Source: Armatimonadota bacterium (GTDB lineage: Bacteria; Armatimonadota; UBA5829; DTLH01). Taken from it: a DNA stretch of 64,000 bases. The notes beneath the pieces were generated by a model, which saw only the letters and a program-made list of their open reading frames with translations, ran no database searches and was not told where the DNA came from. Below, piece after piece: positions 37,892 to 47,737 of the stretch (positions are counted from its first letter, which is position 1; every line of letters begins with the position of its first letter). Position numbers and translations under genes: made by a program. The stretch lies in contig JBBRAE010000009.1 of the NCBI GenBank assembly GCA_038207085.1, positions 43,148 to 107,147 on the forward strand. The letters run 5' to 3'.

Positions 37892-39187
37892 TTAGCTCTC
37901 CTGCCCGGGCCGGACCCTGGCCTTGATCGTCTCTGCGTGAGCGTAGAAGCCTTCAGCCTCAGCGATATTGATCACGGTGTCTGCGATATCCTCAAGCGAC
38001 TTTTTGTCGTAGCAAACGAGGCTGCTCTTCTTTAGAAAATCGTCTACGGTCACAGGCGAACTAAATCTTGCCGTGCCGCCCGTCGGGAGCGTGTGGCTCG
38101 GGCCCGCGGCGTAGTCTCCAAGCGGGACCGGCGAGTTAGCGCCGAGCATGATCGCGCCTGCGTTTTTGATCAGAGGAAGCACGCCCCAGGGGTCTGCAAC
38201 CAGGAGTTCAAGGTGCTCTGGCGCGAAACGGTTTACCATCTCAGCGGCCTCTTCGATGCTTCGGGCGATGATCACAGCGCCTGAGGCATCAAGCGACTGC
38301 TCTATGATCTCCCGTCGAGGCGATGTGGCCTTCAGGCGTTTCACTTCAATGAGCACTTTGTCGGCAAGCTGTCTGTCGGTCGTGACGAGCACGGTTCTGG
38401 AGTCGTCGGCGTGCTCGGCCTGAGAGAGCACGTCGGCTGCGACGTAGGTCGGGTTGGCTGTGGAGTCGGCGACGATCATAATCTCGCTCGGCCCCGCCAT
38501 CATATCGATCCCGATGATCCCGTAGAGCTGGCGCTTGGCCTCGGTGACAAACGGGTTCCCCGGCCCGACTACCTTGTCGACCTTGGGGACGCTTGCGGTG
38601 CCGTAGGCCATCGCTGCGACAGCCTGAGCGCCACCGACCTTGAACACGGCGTCGATCCCCGACTCGCGCGCGGCGACAAGCATCAGTGGGTCGATGCCTC
38701 CGTCGGCCTGCGCGGGGGAGCACATCACGAAAAACGGCACGCCTGCGACCTTGGCCGGAATCGCGGTCATCAAAACAGAGCTTGGGTAAACAGCCTTGCC
38801 GCCGGGGGCGTAAAGCCCGACCCGCTCGATCGGTCGGATGATCTGGCCTAGGGTGATACCGCCCTGAATATCGATCCACGAAGTGCGAAGCTGCTTTTTG
38901 TGGTATTCCTCGATGTTGGTCTTCGCGCGTCGGATCGCCTCGACGAGTTTCGGGTCGGCTGAAGCGTACGCCGCCTCAAACTCGGTTTCGGTCACTTTGA
39001 GCGCGGAAAGCTTGGGGGAATCAAACTTCTGTCCAAGCTCAAAGAGCGCTTCATCGCCCCGCGTGTGAACGTCGGCGATTATCCCGCGAACGGTGTCCTC
39101 GACGGACTGGGTCGATGGCTGCTCTGGCGGAGCAAGCACCGCGTCGATCGCCTCCCGAGGGTCCCTACCGGATTCAAATATCTTCAT
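37892..39187 (-). CDS. hisD: histidinol dehydrogenase
   Basis: YAPGGKAVYPSS, GGAQAVAA, GPGN, AGPSE, SQAEH, APEHL, HTLPT; start at ATG 39187. Confidence 0.95.
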   Translation of the reverse strand: MKIFESGRDPREAIDAVLAPPEQPSTQSVEDTVRGIIADVHTRGDEALFELGQKFDSPKLSALKVTETEFEAAYASADPKLVEAIRRAKTNIEEYHKKQLRTSWIDIQGGITLGQIIRPIERVGLYAPGGKAVYPSSVLMTAIPAKVAGVPFFVMCSPAQADGGIDPLMLVAARESGIDAVFKVGGAQAVAAMAYGTASVPKVDKVVGPGNPFVTEAKRQLYGIIGIDMMAGPSEIMIVADSTANPTYVAADVLSQAEHADDSRTVLVTTDRQLADKVLIEVKRLKATSPRREIIEQSLDASGAVIIARSIEEAAEMVNRFAPEHLELLVADPWGVLPLIKNAGAIMLGANSPVPLGDYAAGPSHTLPTGGTARFSSPVTVDDFLKKSSLVCYDKKSLEDIADTVINIAEAEGFYAHAETIKARVRPGQES

Positions 39188-39347
39188 AAGGCCAAGATCT
39201 CCTGTAACTGCTGCCAAATTATACCAAGCAGGAGGGCCAAGGGCAAGTCGTGAGTTTGAACGGGGGCAGGTGAGGTGGAATCGGCTCGTTCGATCGCGCC
39301 GCGTCAGGAGACACGGCGCGATCCAATCCCAATTTGCGAATCGTCCG

Positions 39348-39575
39348 CTACTTGCTCTGTGGGATGTCGGTGTGCCGGTGGAGTCCCATTTCGGTCGGGG
39401 TCTCTTCGTCGGGCTCCGGCGGCTCTTCCAGTTCTTCGTGCTGTGTGAAGACGGGAGTATCGTCGTCCACGTCGTTTCGGACGCTGTCTTCGAGCACGCG
39501 TTCGCGCTCATCGGCGGACAGGACATTTTGGAGTCTGCTGCTTATGTTGGTTCGGATAGGTTTTCGAGTTGCCAT
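39348..39575 (-). CDS. small acidic hypothetical protein
   Basis: AAAGGGTG RBS, TATAAT upstream, host-like codons. Confidence 0.6.
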   Translation of the reverse strand: MATRKPIRTNISSRLQNVLSADERERVLEDSVRNDVDDDTPVFTQHEELEEPPEPDEETPTEMGLHRHTDIPQSK

Positions 39576-40161
39576 GGTATCACACCCTTTTGCTAGACTA
39601 CTCAAGTTGTGCTGGGATTATACCGCCGTGCACCCTGCGCCAATCTTTTTTCAGAATAATTCTCTAAAACACTTGACGAGCAGGCATATACCTAGTAAAA
39701 TTACTAGTGCTTCTTTTTCTCCTTTCACTACCTCTGTAGGGCTTGGCTGGCCGCCCTCTAGCCAAGTCTTTTTTTCCAAATCCACGTAATAAAGGCCCCT
39801 CTGCGTACTGTTGAATGGGTAGCTGTGGGAGTCTGTAGTAAGCACTTTGATTTGTGGAGCGCACCCTTCGAGAGCCTCAGGGTGAGGGGTTTGGCTTGGG
39901 TGGATGTATGAGAAGATTGTGCCTCCACCCAAACCATCGACACAGGCCAATCCCCCGAAGCTAATTCCAAACCATAAGCACAAGCCAGCCCCCGAACAAA
40001 CAATGGCCCCGCACCTGCGCTTGGGTTTTACTCGCTTCGTACCCAACCCTGGCTTAACCAGAGCCGACTAATGGCGAAGAACCATACGCAGATGCGGGAC
40101 CATATTCAATCTCTCTTTATCAGTATATCCCTATTGTACCATGCACAAACATTCACCGGCA

Positions 40162-40202
40162 CAAAAAAACGGCCGCCTGAACAATGGGCGGCCGTTTTTT
40201 TG
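40162..40202. terminator. strong bidirectional terminator
   Basis: AAAAAAACGGCCGCC...GGCGGCCGTTTTTT. Confidence 0.85.
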
Positions 40203-40220
40203 TGGCTCTGTTAGCTGTGA

Positions 40221-43200
40221 CTACTTAACGTTCGCGGTGACCTTGTCCGCGGCTGAGTTGCCTGCGGCGTCGATCGCCTTCACTTCGATCGTGTGCGCGC
40301 CTTTGGAGAGCGCATCGGTCGTGATTGTAAACGCTTCGGAGGTCGTGTCGAAGATACCGTCCGTGGCCGACGCAGACATCCAATCTCCGCTGTCGACTTT
40401 GAACTGCACTCCGGCAAGGGCGACGTTGTTGCCGTAGGCGTAACCCTCCACCGACACCGTGCCGTCAACTGCGACTGTGACCGTCTTCTTGAAGACCGAC
40501 ACCCGCGGTGGGGTGTTTGCGACCACTACCGGCCCGACCACCTTCTCGCCGGTCTGGAAGCCGCTGGCGTTGCTTACGCGGTCGGTTGCGACTACTTTGA
40601 TCATATAGCTGCCGTCGGGCACTTTGGTCGTATCCCAGTTATAGCTCGTCTGCTTGATCGAAGCGCCGCCGTTTGACGCTGGCGCGGTGTCTGCGGGCTC
40701 GGACTCGTCACCTGACGCCGAAACCGCCTTGTCGATCGCTGAGGGCGCGTCCTCGATCATCTGGTCTTTGACTTCCTGAGGGATCTCAGGGTGCTGATCG
40801 AGCTCGGTCCTTAGCTGCGCCATCATATCCGCCTTGCTCGGCTGCGCAGCCGCGGCGACTTTCTTAGGCTCGATGGGCTTTGCTGCGGCTTTGGCTTCAG
40901 ACTTGGGCGCGAGAGCCGCAAGCGGGGCAGTCGACGCGGACGCCGACTTGACGCCACTTCCGATCCTCTGCCAGGTCTTACCTGAGTCCGCCGAGTAGTA
41001 GATATCGTAAGTGAGCGTGTCTTTGTCCGGGTCGCTTCCCGACCACCGGATGCTCTGATTGTGGGAGATGACCGCGCCCAACTGAGGCTCACTTATGGTC
41101 ACCTTCGGGCCGCGGTTCTCCGGCAGATATGCGACCGTCACCTGCTGAAGCGCAGGGGAGGCTTCGTTTGTGCCTGAGAGTATCGCCCGGTACTGAATAT
41201 ACCGCGCAGCCGGGCTTGTAACGCTCTGACCGGGGCCACGCGCCTCTGACCAGGTGTTCCAAGAGCTGTCGGGCTCTGAAACGTTGCCGGTGCGGGTCAA
41301 AAGCCGGGTCGCCGCCCCCTCGGGGGTGCTTGCGATCCAGTTGATGACGCCCCATCGGCTGGTCGTCCCTGCGTCCCGAACGCTCGACTCATAGGTCGAC
41401 TGAGCGGCGGGCTTGCCGACGTAAAGCGCGGCGGAGTTGGCTGTGCCTGCGAGCACTGTGCCGTCGCCGGCGACCGCGACGCTCACGAACTGAGCTCCCG
41501 CGCGACCGCTGTCAAGCGTCATCACTTTCTCGTCCGGCGTGATCTTGATGATCTGCTCGTCGCTTGCCACATATATGTTGTCGTGCGAGTCGACGGCCAT
41601 CGAGAGCGCCTTGGGGGCCTTGTCGTAGACCGTGCTGACCTCACCCGAGGGCTTGATCTTGTAGACGTTGCCTTTGGCAGTGCCTGTCGCCGCGTAGACG
41701 TTGCCGCGCGAGTCGACCGCAACGCTTGCAATCGAGTCCTCAGCCGCGTTATAGAGCGGGCTCGCCTTGCCGTCCGGGCTGATCTTGTAGACCACCCCGT
41801 CGCGTCCTGCCCCTGCGTAGATGTTACCTGAAGCGTCGATCGCAAGCGCAAGGATCGAAGCGTCGTTCACGCTCGCGAACAGCTCACCCTTGCCGCCGGG
41901 GCTGATCTTGTAGACCTTGCCCGCGTCGCCCACGCCCGCGAAGATATTTTCACCGGACGCTGCGAGTGCGAGCACATACTTTTCGCTCGTGGTAAAGAGC
42001 AGGCTCCCTTTGCCCGAGGAGTCGATCTTGAACACCTTGCCGTGGGGGCTCGTTCCTGCGTAGAGGTTCCCCGAGCCGTCTCGCGCAAGCGACTGAACAG
42101 CGATCTCGCCGGTCTTGAACACCACCGACGCCTTGCCGTCCCCGCTCACATGATAGACGTTTCCGTTGGAGCCTGTGCCGATATATGCGCCGCCCGTCCC
42201 GTCGGGGAGGACCTTCCAAGCGTACATCTCAGGAAGCTCCGCGAGCTTGGCGAGCGCCGGAACCATTACAACCTCGTCCGAGGTCGAAACCGCCGTGCCA
42301 CTGAAAGTCCCGTTTGCAAAGTCCTTGTAGGTGGTCTGCTTCCAGACCGCTGGCTGGCGTCCTACGGGCTTTTCTGCGGGTTTGGCGTCACTGCCTGCGT
42401 TTGGCGTGACAGGGGCGTCTACGGGGTTGGCAGGTGTTGCTACGCCTGCCGGTGGCGCGTCCACGGGTGACTCGTCGACCGAAACTGACGGCTGAGCCGG
42501 CGTTGCGAGCTGAACGGGTGTGCTCGCCGAGTAGCCGCCGAAGTCATCGTTCATCATCTCATCGCCGTCGGGTGGCTGAGGAGGCGTGGGCTGGCTGTCG
42601 GGTGGGCCGTCGGGGCCGCCTGATGGCGGCTGCATTGCTCGTTTCTCACCGTGGCGCACGCGCTCGATCTTGATCGGCACGCTCTGCTCGCCCATCATAA
42701 CGTAGTCCATCGGGACGACGGTCTTCACTTCCTCGCGCTCGGTGCGCCCGGCGCTCGCTCGCGGGTTTTTCATCACCCCGGCGATCGCGTCAGGGAGCCC
42801 CGAGAGCTTCTCACCGCCGACACTGACCGAGCTTGAGGGCAACAGAAGCTTTGCGACGAGGTCGTTGTTCTTCTCGCGCTCAAGGAACTTGTCGATCACC
42901 TGCTGGACGTTGTCCGCCGAGCTTCCGCCGCCCGAAGACATTCTAGGAGCGCCGTCTGCTGCGATGACGATCATCGGCCCATCACCGCCGCCGGACATGC
43001 CGCCCTTGACCTGCAGGGTGACCCGTCCGTCGGGCGCGTTTTCGGGGATCTTGATCGCAATCGTCTTGGTGAATCGGTCACCCTTGTACGGCCTCATCTC
43101 GACCGCAACTTTGACGGTGTCGCCCGGCTCATATTTGCTCCGGTCGACGATAATGCGTTCCACGCTCGCCGTCTTGCGCCCGGACCGAATCGTAACCGAC

Positions 43201-44516
43201 ATATTGACCGATTTGACGTTAATCGGATGGAACTTGTTGTTGGAGAGAATATTGACGAGCCCCTGCATATCATCGAGCGCCGCCGCTTCGATGGTTGTGG
43301 GGTCGAAGAACTCGTTTTCGCGGACGATCTTGCCGACCTCGTCTGCGTTGATCTCTGTTCGGACCTCGGCCATCGCGTCGTTCGGGATGCCGTTTAGCTC
43401 GGTGATCGCTTCAGCCGCCGAAAGGACGATCAGCTTGGGCGCGAGCATGGGGTGGTTGATCACGTTGACGTGCAGCGTCTTTTTTCGCCCGATCGCCTGG
43501 TTGTCGACGTTGATCGTAAGCGGGATGGTGTCGGCCATCTTGCCGATCTCGCCGCCCACCGACCAGGGCCTGTCCTGTGTGATGTGCCCGACGACCTTCA
43601 TCGGCATTGCGAGCTTGAACGACACCTGGTAGCTCGGGAACACGTCTAGGACGTAAGCGGTTGAAAGCGGTGCGTCGATCGGCCCGATGTTGAACATCGG
43701 GTGACCGAAGCCGACCATCTTGTTCCCTCGCCTGTATGTGAGCGTTCCGGTCGCGGTCATATCGATATCGCCTGTTGTAAGCGACAGACCAAATGCGCTT
43801 CCGGGCCTAAGCTCTGTCGGGACGATGTCTGTCTTGCCACCGGGGCCTGCCACGGGCTGGAGGCCGAACGGCTCGAATATCTCAGCGAGCTTGTTCAGTC
43901 CGCGCGCGCTTATGCCGCTCACCGAGACCGGGGTCATAAGCGGGGTCATGACAAGCGTGCCGACGCCCGCTGCCGTGCCTGCGTCCGCGGGATTTCTGAT
44001 CTCGATCCTGTTATAGGTGCTCGCGCCGCTTTTGACCGGCGTGTCGAGTGTAGATAGTCCCGAGGGCTTTGACGGAAGCTTGGGGTCGAGTGAGTCGAGC
44101 ATATCCTCGATCGGCGTCAGCATAGCAAGCGGTTCTTTGGAGAACCCGCCGGGGCCGTAGGCGACCGCGCCGATGATCTTGCCGTTGATGTACACCGGGC
44201 TTCCGCTCATCCCCTGCATGATGTTGGCCTGGCGTTCAGTGATCGGCCCGCCTGACATGCGAGCGAGGATGAGGTCCTTGCCGTTGTTCATCTTGCGCAT
44301 CAGGCCGATGATCTCGACGTTGAACTTCTCGATTTTTGTGCCTTTGAATACGGTCAGGCCATAGGCTTTCATGCCCGGCTTGACCTGCGACAAGGGCATA
44401 ATATCCTTGTAGTCTGCCTGGACAACGCCCGGGGGCAGTGCGGCCGCCGGAAGAACAGCAGCAAGCGATGCCACCATCGCCACTGCGATAAACAATCTGA
44501 TTGGCTTTCGCAACAT
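40221..44516 (-). CDS. exported SpoIVB-type (S55) peptidase fused to beta-propeller and Ig-like domains
   Basis: QGMSGSPVY and GFGHPM motifs; Pro-rich linker; repeated D..GN.YAGT...G.VYKI blades; C-terminal HTIEVKAIDAAGN. Confidence 0.85.
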   Translation of the reverse strand: MLRKPIRLFIAVAMVASLAAVLPAAALPPGVVQADYKDIMPLSQVKPGMKAYGLTVFKGTKIEKFNVEIIGLMRKMNNGKDLILARMSGGPITERQANIMQGMSGSPVYINGKIIGAVAYGPGGFSKEPLAMLTPIEDMLDSLDPKLPSKPSGLSTLDTPVKSGASTYNRIEIRNPADAGTAAGVGTLVMTPLMTPVSVSGISARGLNKLAEIFEPFGLQPVAGPGGKTDIVPTELRPGSAFGLSLTTGDIDMTATGTLTYRRGNKMVGFGHPMFNIGPIDAPLSTAYVLDVFPSYQVSFKLAMPMKVVGHITQDRPWSVGGEIGKMADTIPLTINVDNQAIGRKKTLHVNVINHPMLAPKLIVLSAAEAITELNGIPNDAMAEVRTEINADEVGKIVRENEFFDPTTIEAAALDDMQGLVNILSNNKFHPINVKSVNMSVTIRSGRKTASVERIIVDRSKYEPGDTVKVAVEMRPYKGDRFTKTIAIKIPENAPDGRVTLQVKGGMSGGGDGPMIVIAADGAPRMSSGGGSSADNVQQVIDKFLEREKNNDLVAKLLLPSSSVSVGGEKLSGLPDAIAGVMKNPRASAGRTEREEVKTVVPMDYVMMGEQSVPIKIERVRHGEKRAMQPPSGGPDGPPDSQPTPPQPPDGDEMMNDDFGGYSASTPVQLATPAQPSVSVDESPVDAPPAGVATPANPVDAPVTPNAGSDAKPAEKPVGRQPAVWKQTTYKDFANGTFSGTAVSTSDEVVMVPALAKLAELPEMYAWKVLPDGTGGAYIGTGSNGNVYHVSGDGKASVVFKTGEIAVQSLARDGSGNLYAGTSPHGKVFKIDSSGKGSLLFTTSEKYVLALAASGENIFAGVGDAGKVYKISPGGKGELFASVNDASILALAIDASGNIYAGAGRDGVVYKISPDGKASPLYNAAEDSIASVAVDSRGNVYAATGTAKGNVYKIKPSGEVSTVYDKAPKALSMAVDSHDNIYVASDEQIIKITPDEKVMTLDSGRAGAQFVSVAVAGDGTVLAGTANSAALYVGKPAAQSTYESSVRDAGTTSRWGVINWIASTPEGAATRLLTRTGNVSEPDSSWNTWSEARGPGQSVTSPAARYIQYRAILSGTNEASPALQQVTVAYLPENRGPKVTISEPQLGAVISHNQSIRWSGSDPDKDTLTYDIYYSADSGKTWQRIGSGVKSASASTAPLAALAPKSEAKAAAKPIEPKKVAAAAQPSKADMMAQLRTELDQHPEIPQEVKDQMIEDAPSAIDKAVSASGDESEPADTAPASNGGASIKQTSYNWDTTKVPDGSYMIKVVATDRVSNASGFQTGEKVVGPVVVANTPPRVSVFKKTVTVAVDGTVSVEGYAYGNNVALAGVQFKVDSGDWMSASATDGIFDTTSEAFTITTDALSKGAHTIEVKAIDAAGNSAADKVTANVK

Positions 44517-45031
44517 GAGTCTGTACGTCTCCTGATTTAACGCCGAAGCGGGGATTTCGCGACCACCCCGTCATAACTAAGTGTCGGTTCCCTTAGACCT
44601 TATCTATAAAATAATACGCGCGACGGCGACAAAACGGCACCGTCCCGCAAAAATTTCGCGCGCCTGCCACTGCGGCGCTAGTATATGATAAATTATATCA
44701 CGTTTCGTTCACGGGGGGTATTGGGAGCTGTTAGCTGTTAATTATTAGCTTCGTGATCGCGCCGGTTCTCCAGAACCGGTGTGGACATTCCATGGGTCTC
44801 TGACCCCGCACGGATGTTTCATATTTGGCCGAATTGTTGGGGGATGGCGCAACTCGTTCGCTCTGGTTAATTGTTGTGAGCTTGGGCGGTGGTATATTCG
44901 TTAGGGCCGCACGTGAAGCTAAATCATCACGCTAAAGATTCAGAAAGCAAGCTGAAGCAAGCTCGGGATTCATAATGTCAAGCTTGCTTGATGGTTTGCC
45001 AGCCTGATCCTTTACGGTCAGGTGCTCTACG

Positions 45032-45060
45032 TTGACACCCCTTTCGCCCCTTGCTATACT
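45032..45060 (+). promoter_or_regulatory. sigma70 promoter for hemL
   Basis: TTGACA-N17-TATACT. Confidence 0.75.
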
Positions 45061-45075
45061 TGCCACGGTGATAAT

Positions 45076-46359
45076 ATGAACTTTACTCGCTCGGAAGAGC
45101 TTTTCGAAAAGGCCAAGCGCCTGATTCCCGGTGGGGTGAACAGCCCTGTGCGGGCATTTAAATCGGTCGGTGGGACGCCGGTGTTCATTGAACGCGGGCA
45201 GGGGGCCAGGGTGACCGATGTCGACGGCAACGAGTTTGTCGACTACGTCTGCTCGTGGGGGCCGCTCATCTTCGGGCATGCGCACCCCAGGATCGTCGAG
45301 GCCGTCAAACGCGCCGCAGAGTGGGGGTCGACCTTTGGCGCGCCGACCGAGGCCGAGGTGACGCTTGCGCAGATGATCGTCGACGCGGTGCCGTCGGTCG
45401 AGATGGTGCGCCTCGTTAGCTCCGGCACTGAGGCCGTGATGAGCGCGATCAGGCTTGCCCGCGGGTTCACCCGGCGAGACAAGATCATCAAGTTTGAAGG
45501 CGGATACCACGGGCACAGCGACAGCCTGCTTGCGAAGGCGGGTTCAGGCATTGCGACCCTTGGGATGCCCGACAGTGCGGGCGTCTCACCGAACCTCACC
45601 GTCGACACGATCACCGTCCCCTATAACAACTCCGACGCCGTGCGCGCCGCGGTCGCTATGAACGGCAAGAGCGTCGCGGCGATCATCGTCGAGCCGATCG
45701 CGGGAAATATGGGAGTCGTTGCGCCCAAGCCGGGGTTCTTAGAGGAGCTTCGGGCGGTCGCCGACGAATACGGGATCGTTTTGATATTTGACGAGGTCAT
45801 CTCAGGCTTTCGGGCGTCCTACGGCGGGGCCCAGGCGCGCCTTGGGGTGCTGCCGGACCTGACGACGATGGGCAAGATCATCGGCGGTGGGCTCCCGATG
45901 GGCGCTTACGGCGGTCGCCGCGAGATTATGGATTATGTCGCGCCATCAGGCCCCGTCTACCAGGCGGGGACGCTTTCCGGGAACCCCGTCGCGGTCGCAG
46001 CGGGGATCGAGACGCTTCGCATGCTCGCCGAGCCCGGCGTGTACGACCAACTTGAGGCAAAAGCCCTGATGCTTGAGGATGGTCTGAGGGACGCGGCGGA
46101 GTCATCCGGCGTCGACGTGCGCTTGAACCGGGTAGGCTCGCTTTCCACGGTGTTTTTCACCTCCGAAGAGGTGACGGACTACGCATCGGCCAAGACTTCC
46201 GACACCACAAAATACGGCGCATTTTTCCACGGCATGCTCCAGCGCGGCTTCTACTTTGCCCCGTCACAGTTTGAGGCGGCGTTTGTGTCGACCGCTCACA
46301 GCAGCGAGGACATCGCGGGCACCATCGAAGCGGCAAGAGACGTTTTTGGAAAGCTTTAG
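45076..46359 (+). CDS. hemL: glutamate-1-semialdehyde 2,1-aminomutase
   Basis: [44 protein letters not shown]. Confidence 0.96.
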   Translation: MNFTRSEELFEKAKRLIPGGVNSPVRAFKSVGGTPVFIERGQGARVTDVDGNEFVDYVCSWGPLIFGHAHPRIVEAVKRAAEWGSTFGAPTEAEVTLAQMIVDAVPSVEMVRLVSSGTEAVMSAIRLARGFTRRDKIIKFEGGYHGHSDSLLAKAGSGIATLGMPDSAGVSPNLTVDTITVPYNNSDAVRAAVAMNGKSVAAIIVEPIAGNMGVVAPKPGFLEELRAVADEYGIVLIFDEVISGFRASYGGAQARLGVLPDLTTMGKIIGGGLPMGAYGGRREIMDYVAPSGPVYQAGTLSGNPVAVAAGIETLRMLAEPGVYDQLEAKALMLEDGLRDAAESSGVDVRLNRVGSLSTVFFTSEEVTDYASAKTSDTTKYGAFFHGMLQRGFYFAPSQFEAAFVSTAHSSEDIAGTIEAARDVFGKL

Positions 46360-46368
46360 GCAGCCCAA

Positions 46369-47487
46369 CTAACTCCTAACCCCAGCGGGCCCCGTAGACC
46401 TTCGCACGATGAGTTCCGGCGCAAGCTTGATGTTCTTGTCCTGGGTCTCTTTGCCGAGAATTCGGTCGACCAGGAGCAGCGTCCCCTGCCGTCCCACCTC
46501 AAAAAGCGGCATTTTGACGGTGGTCAGGATGTTGTTGCTCCGATCATTGAGGATGACCTCGGTGTCGTCGTAGCTTACCAGGCTGATATCCTCCGGGACA
46601 CGCAGCCCCATCTTGACCAGCCGTTCGTGAATCTGAACTGCCTGCTCATCGTTGTGGGTGATCATCGCCGTGATATCTTTGCGCTCCGCTAGAAGCTTCA
46701 CAAGCGCCTGTTCCTCGTCCTGGGGTGACTCCGGGGAGTAGACCCCTTTGATCAGGCACTCGTTCTCATCGAGTCCGCGCTCGCGGATCGCCCTGATGTA
46801 GGTAGCGAGGCGCGAATCGTGGGTTTGTGTGGACTGGAACAAGTCTCCATCGTGGACAGGAGTGTGAAAATGGACTATTCTCTTGTGCCCGAGGTCCAGC
46901 AGATGATCTATCACAGCCCGCGCCGCTGCCGCATTGTCAGGATACACCGCCGAGCACCCCGCCAGTGGCTCGACGAGCCCGACGATGGGACGAGTGCCGT
47001 AGTTCGGTTCGGCTCGGAGCATCTTGCAGGTGTTTTCCCACGCGTAGCCCTCGATTATCGCAAGAATTCCATCGATATCGGCGCGCCTGTAGGCTCCCGG
47101 CAGTTCTCCGCGCTTTTCGGCCTTGCACTGGTCGCTTGTAAATATCTCGAAGTCCACTTCGTTGATCGCGTGCAGAACGCCCTGGTTGACTTTGGTAAAG
47201 TAGTTGGACTGGGTGAACCCGAGGTGGGTGAAGAAATACCCGATGGTATTGTTCAGCATCGGCTGGCCCCATTTGATGCTTGCGAGGCGGCGGGCGACCT
47301 GGTTACGCATTGGGTCATACCCAAGCTCACGGGCGGCGGTGCGGATCCTCTCGATGGTGTCTTTCCCGAGTCTGCTGTCGTTTCTGAGCCCCCGCGACAC
47401 TGTCGACTGGTTTACACCGCAGACTCTTGCGACATCTCTCATCGTTGGTGTCTTGCTTCCGTTGTTGTCCAGGCCAGTTGGTTTCAT
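46369..47487 (-). CDS. LacI-family transcriptional regulator
   Basis: TMRDVARVCGVNQSTVSR HTH, LGHKRI, VPEDISLVSYDD, LIVRRST. Confidence 0.92.
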   Translation of the reverse strand: MKPTGLDNNGSKTPTMRDVARVCGVNQSTVSRGLRNDSRLGKDTIERIRTAARELGYDPMRNQVARRLASIKWGQPMLNNTIGYFFTHLGFTQSNYFTKVNQGVLHAINEVDFEIFTSDQCKAEKRGELPGAYRRADIDGILAIIEGYAWENTCKMLRAEPNYGTRPIVGLVEPLAGCSAVYPDNAAAARAVIDHLLDLGHKRIVHFHTPVHDGDLFQSTQTHDSRLATYIRAIRERGLDENECLIKGVYSPESPQDEEQALVKLLAERKDITAMITHNDEQAVQIHERLVKMGLRVPEDISLVSYDDTEVILNDRSNNILTTVKMPLFEVGRQGTLLLVDRILGKETQDKNIKLAPELIVRRSTGPAGVRS

Positions 47488-47737
47488 TTATTATGGTATC
47501 CTCGCGTCAAAAGGTCATAAGCTCGCCATACTATCAGCTTGCTTGGTAGGATGTTATTAGAATTGTAACAGACACAACTATCATAGTCAAGGTTAAGCAA
47601 TCGTATGCGCAAACATACTGTAGCCAATATGCTCGGCAATAACTCTGCTTTGGGGGCGTCCATATAGCATGTGAGGTGCGCCGGTTTTTGCAAGGCATGG
47701 AACCGGTGGACCAGAGAGCATAAGGAGGAGTTCAATC

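Noticed and set aside
39188..39526. 113-aa N-terminal extension of HisD
   Set aside because: It overlaps the separate small gene 39348..39575 in another frame and has no HisD similarity.
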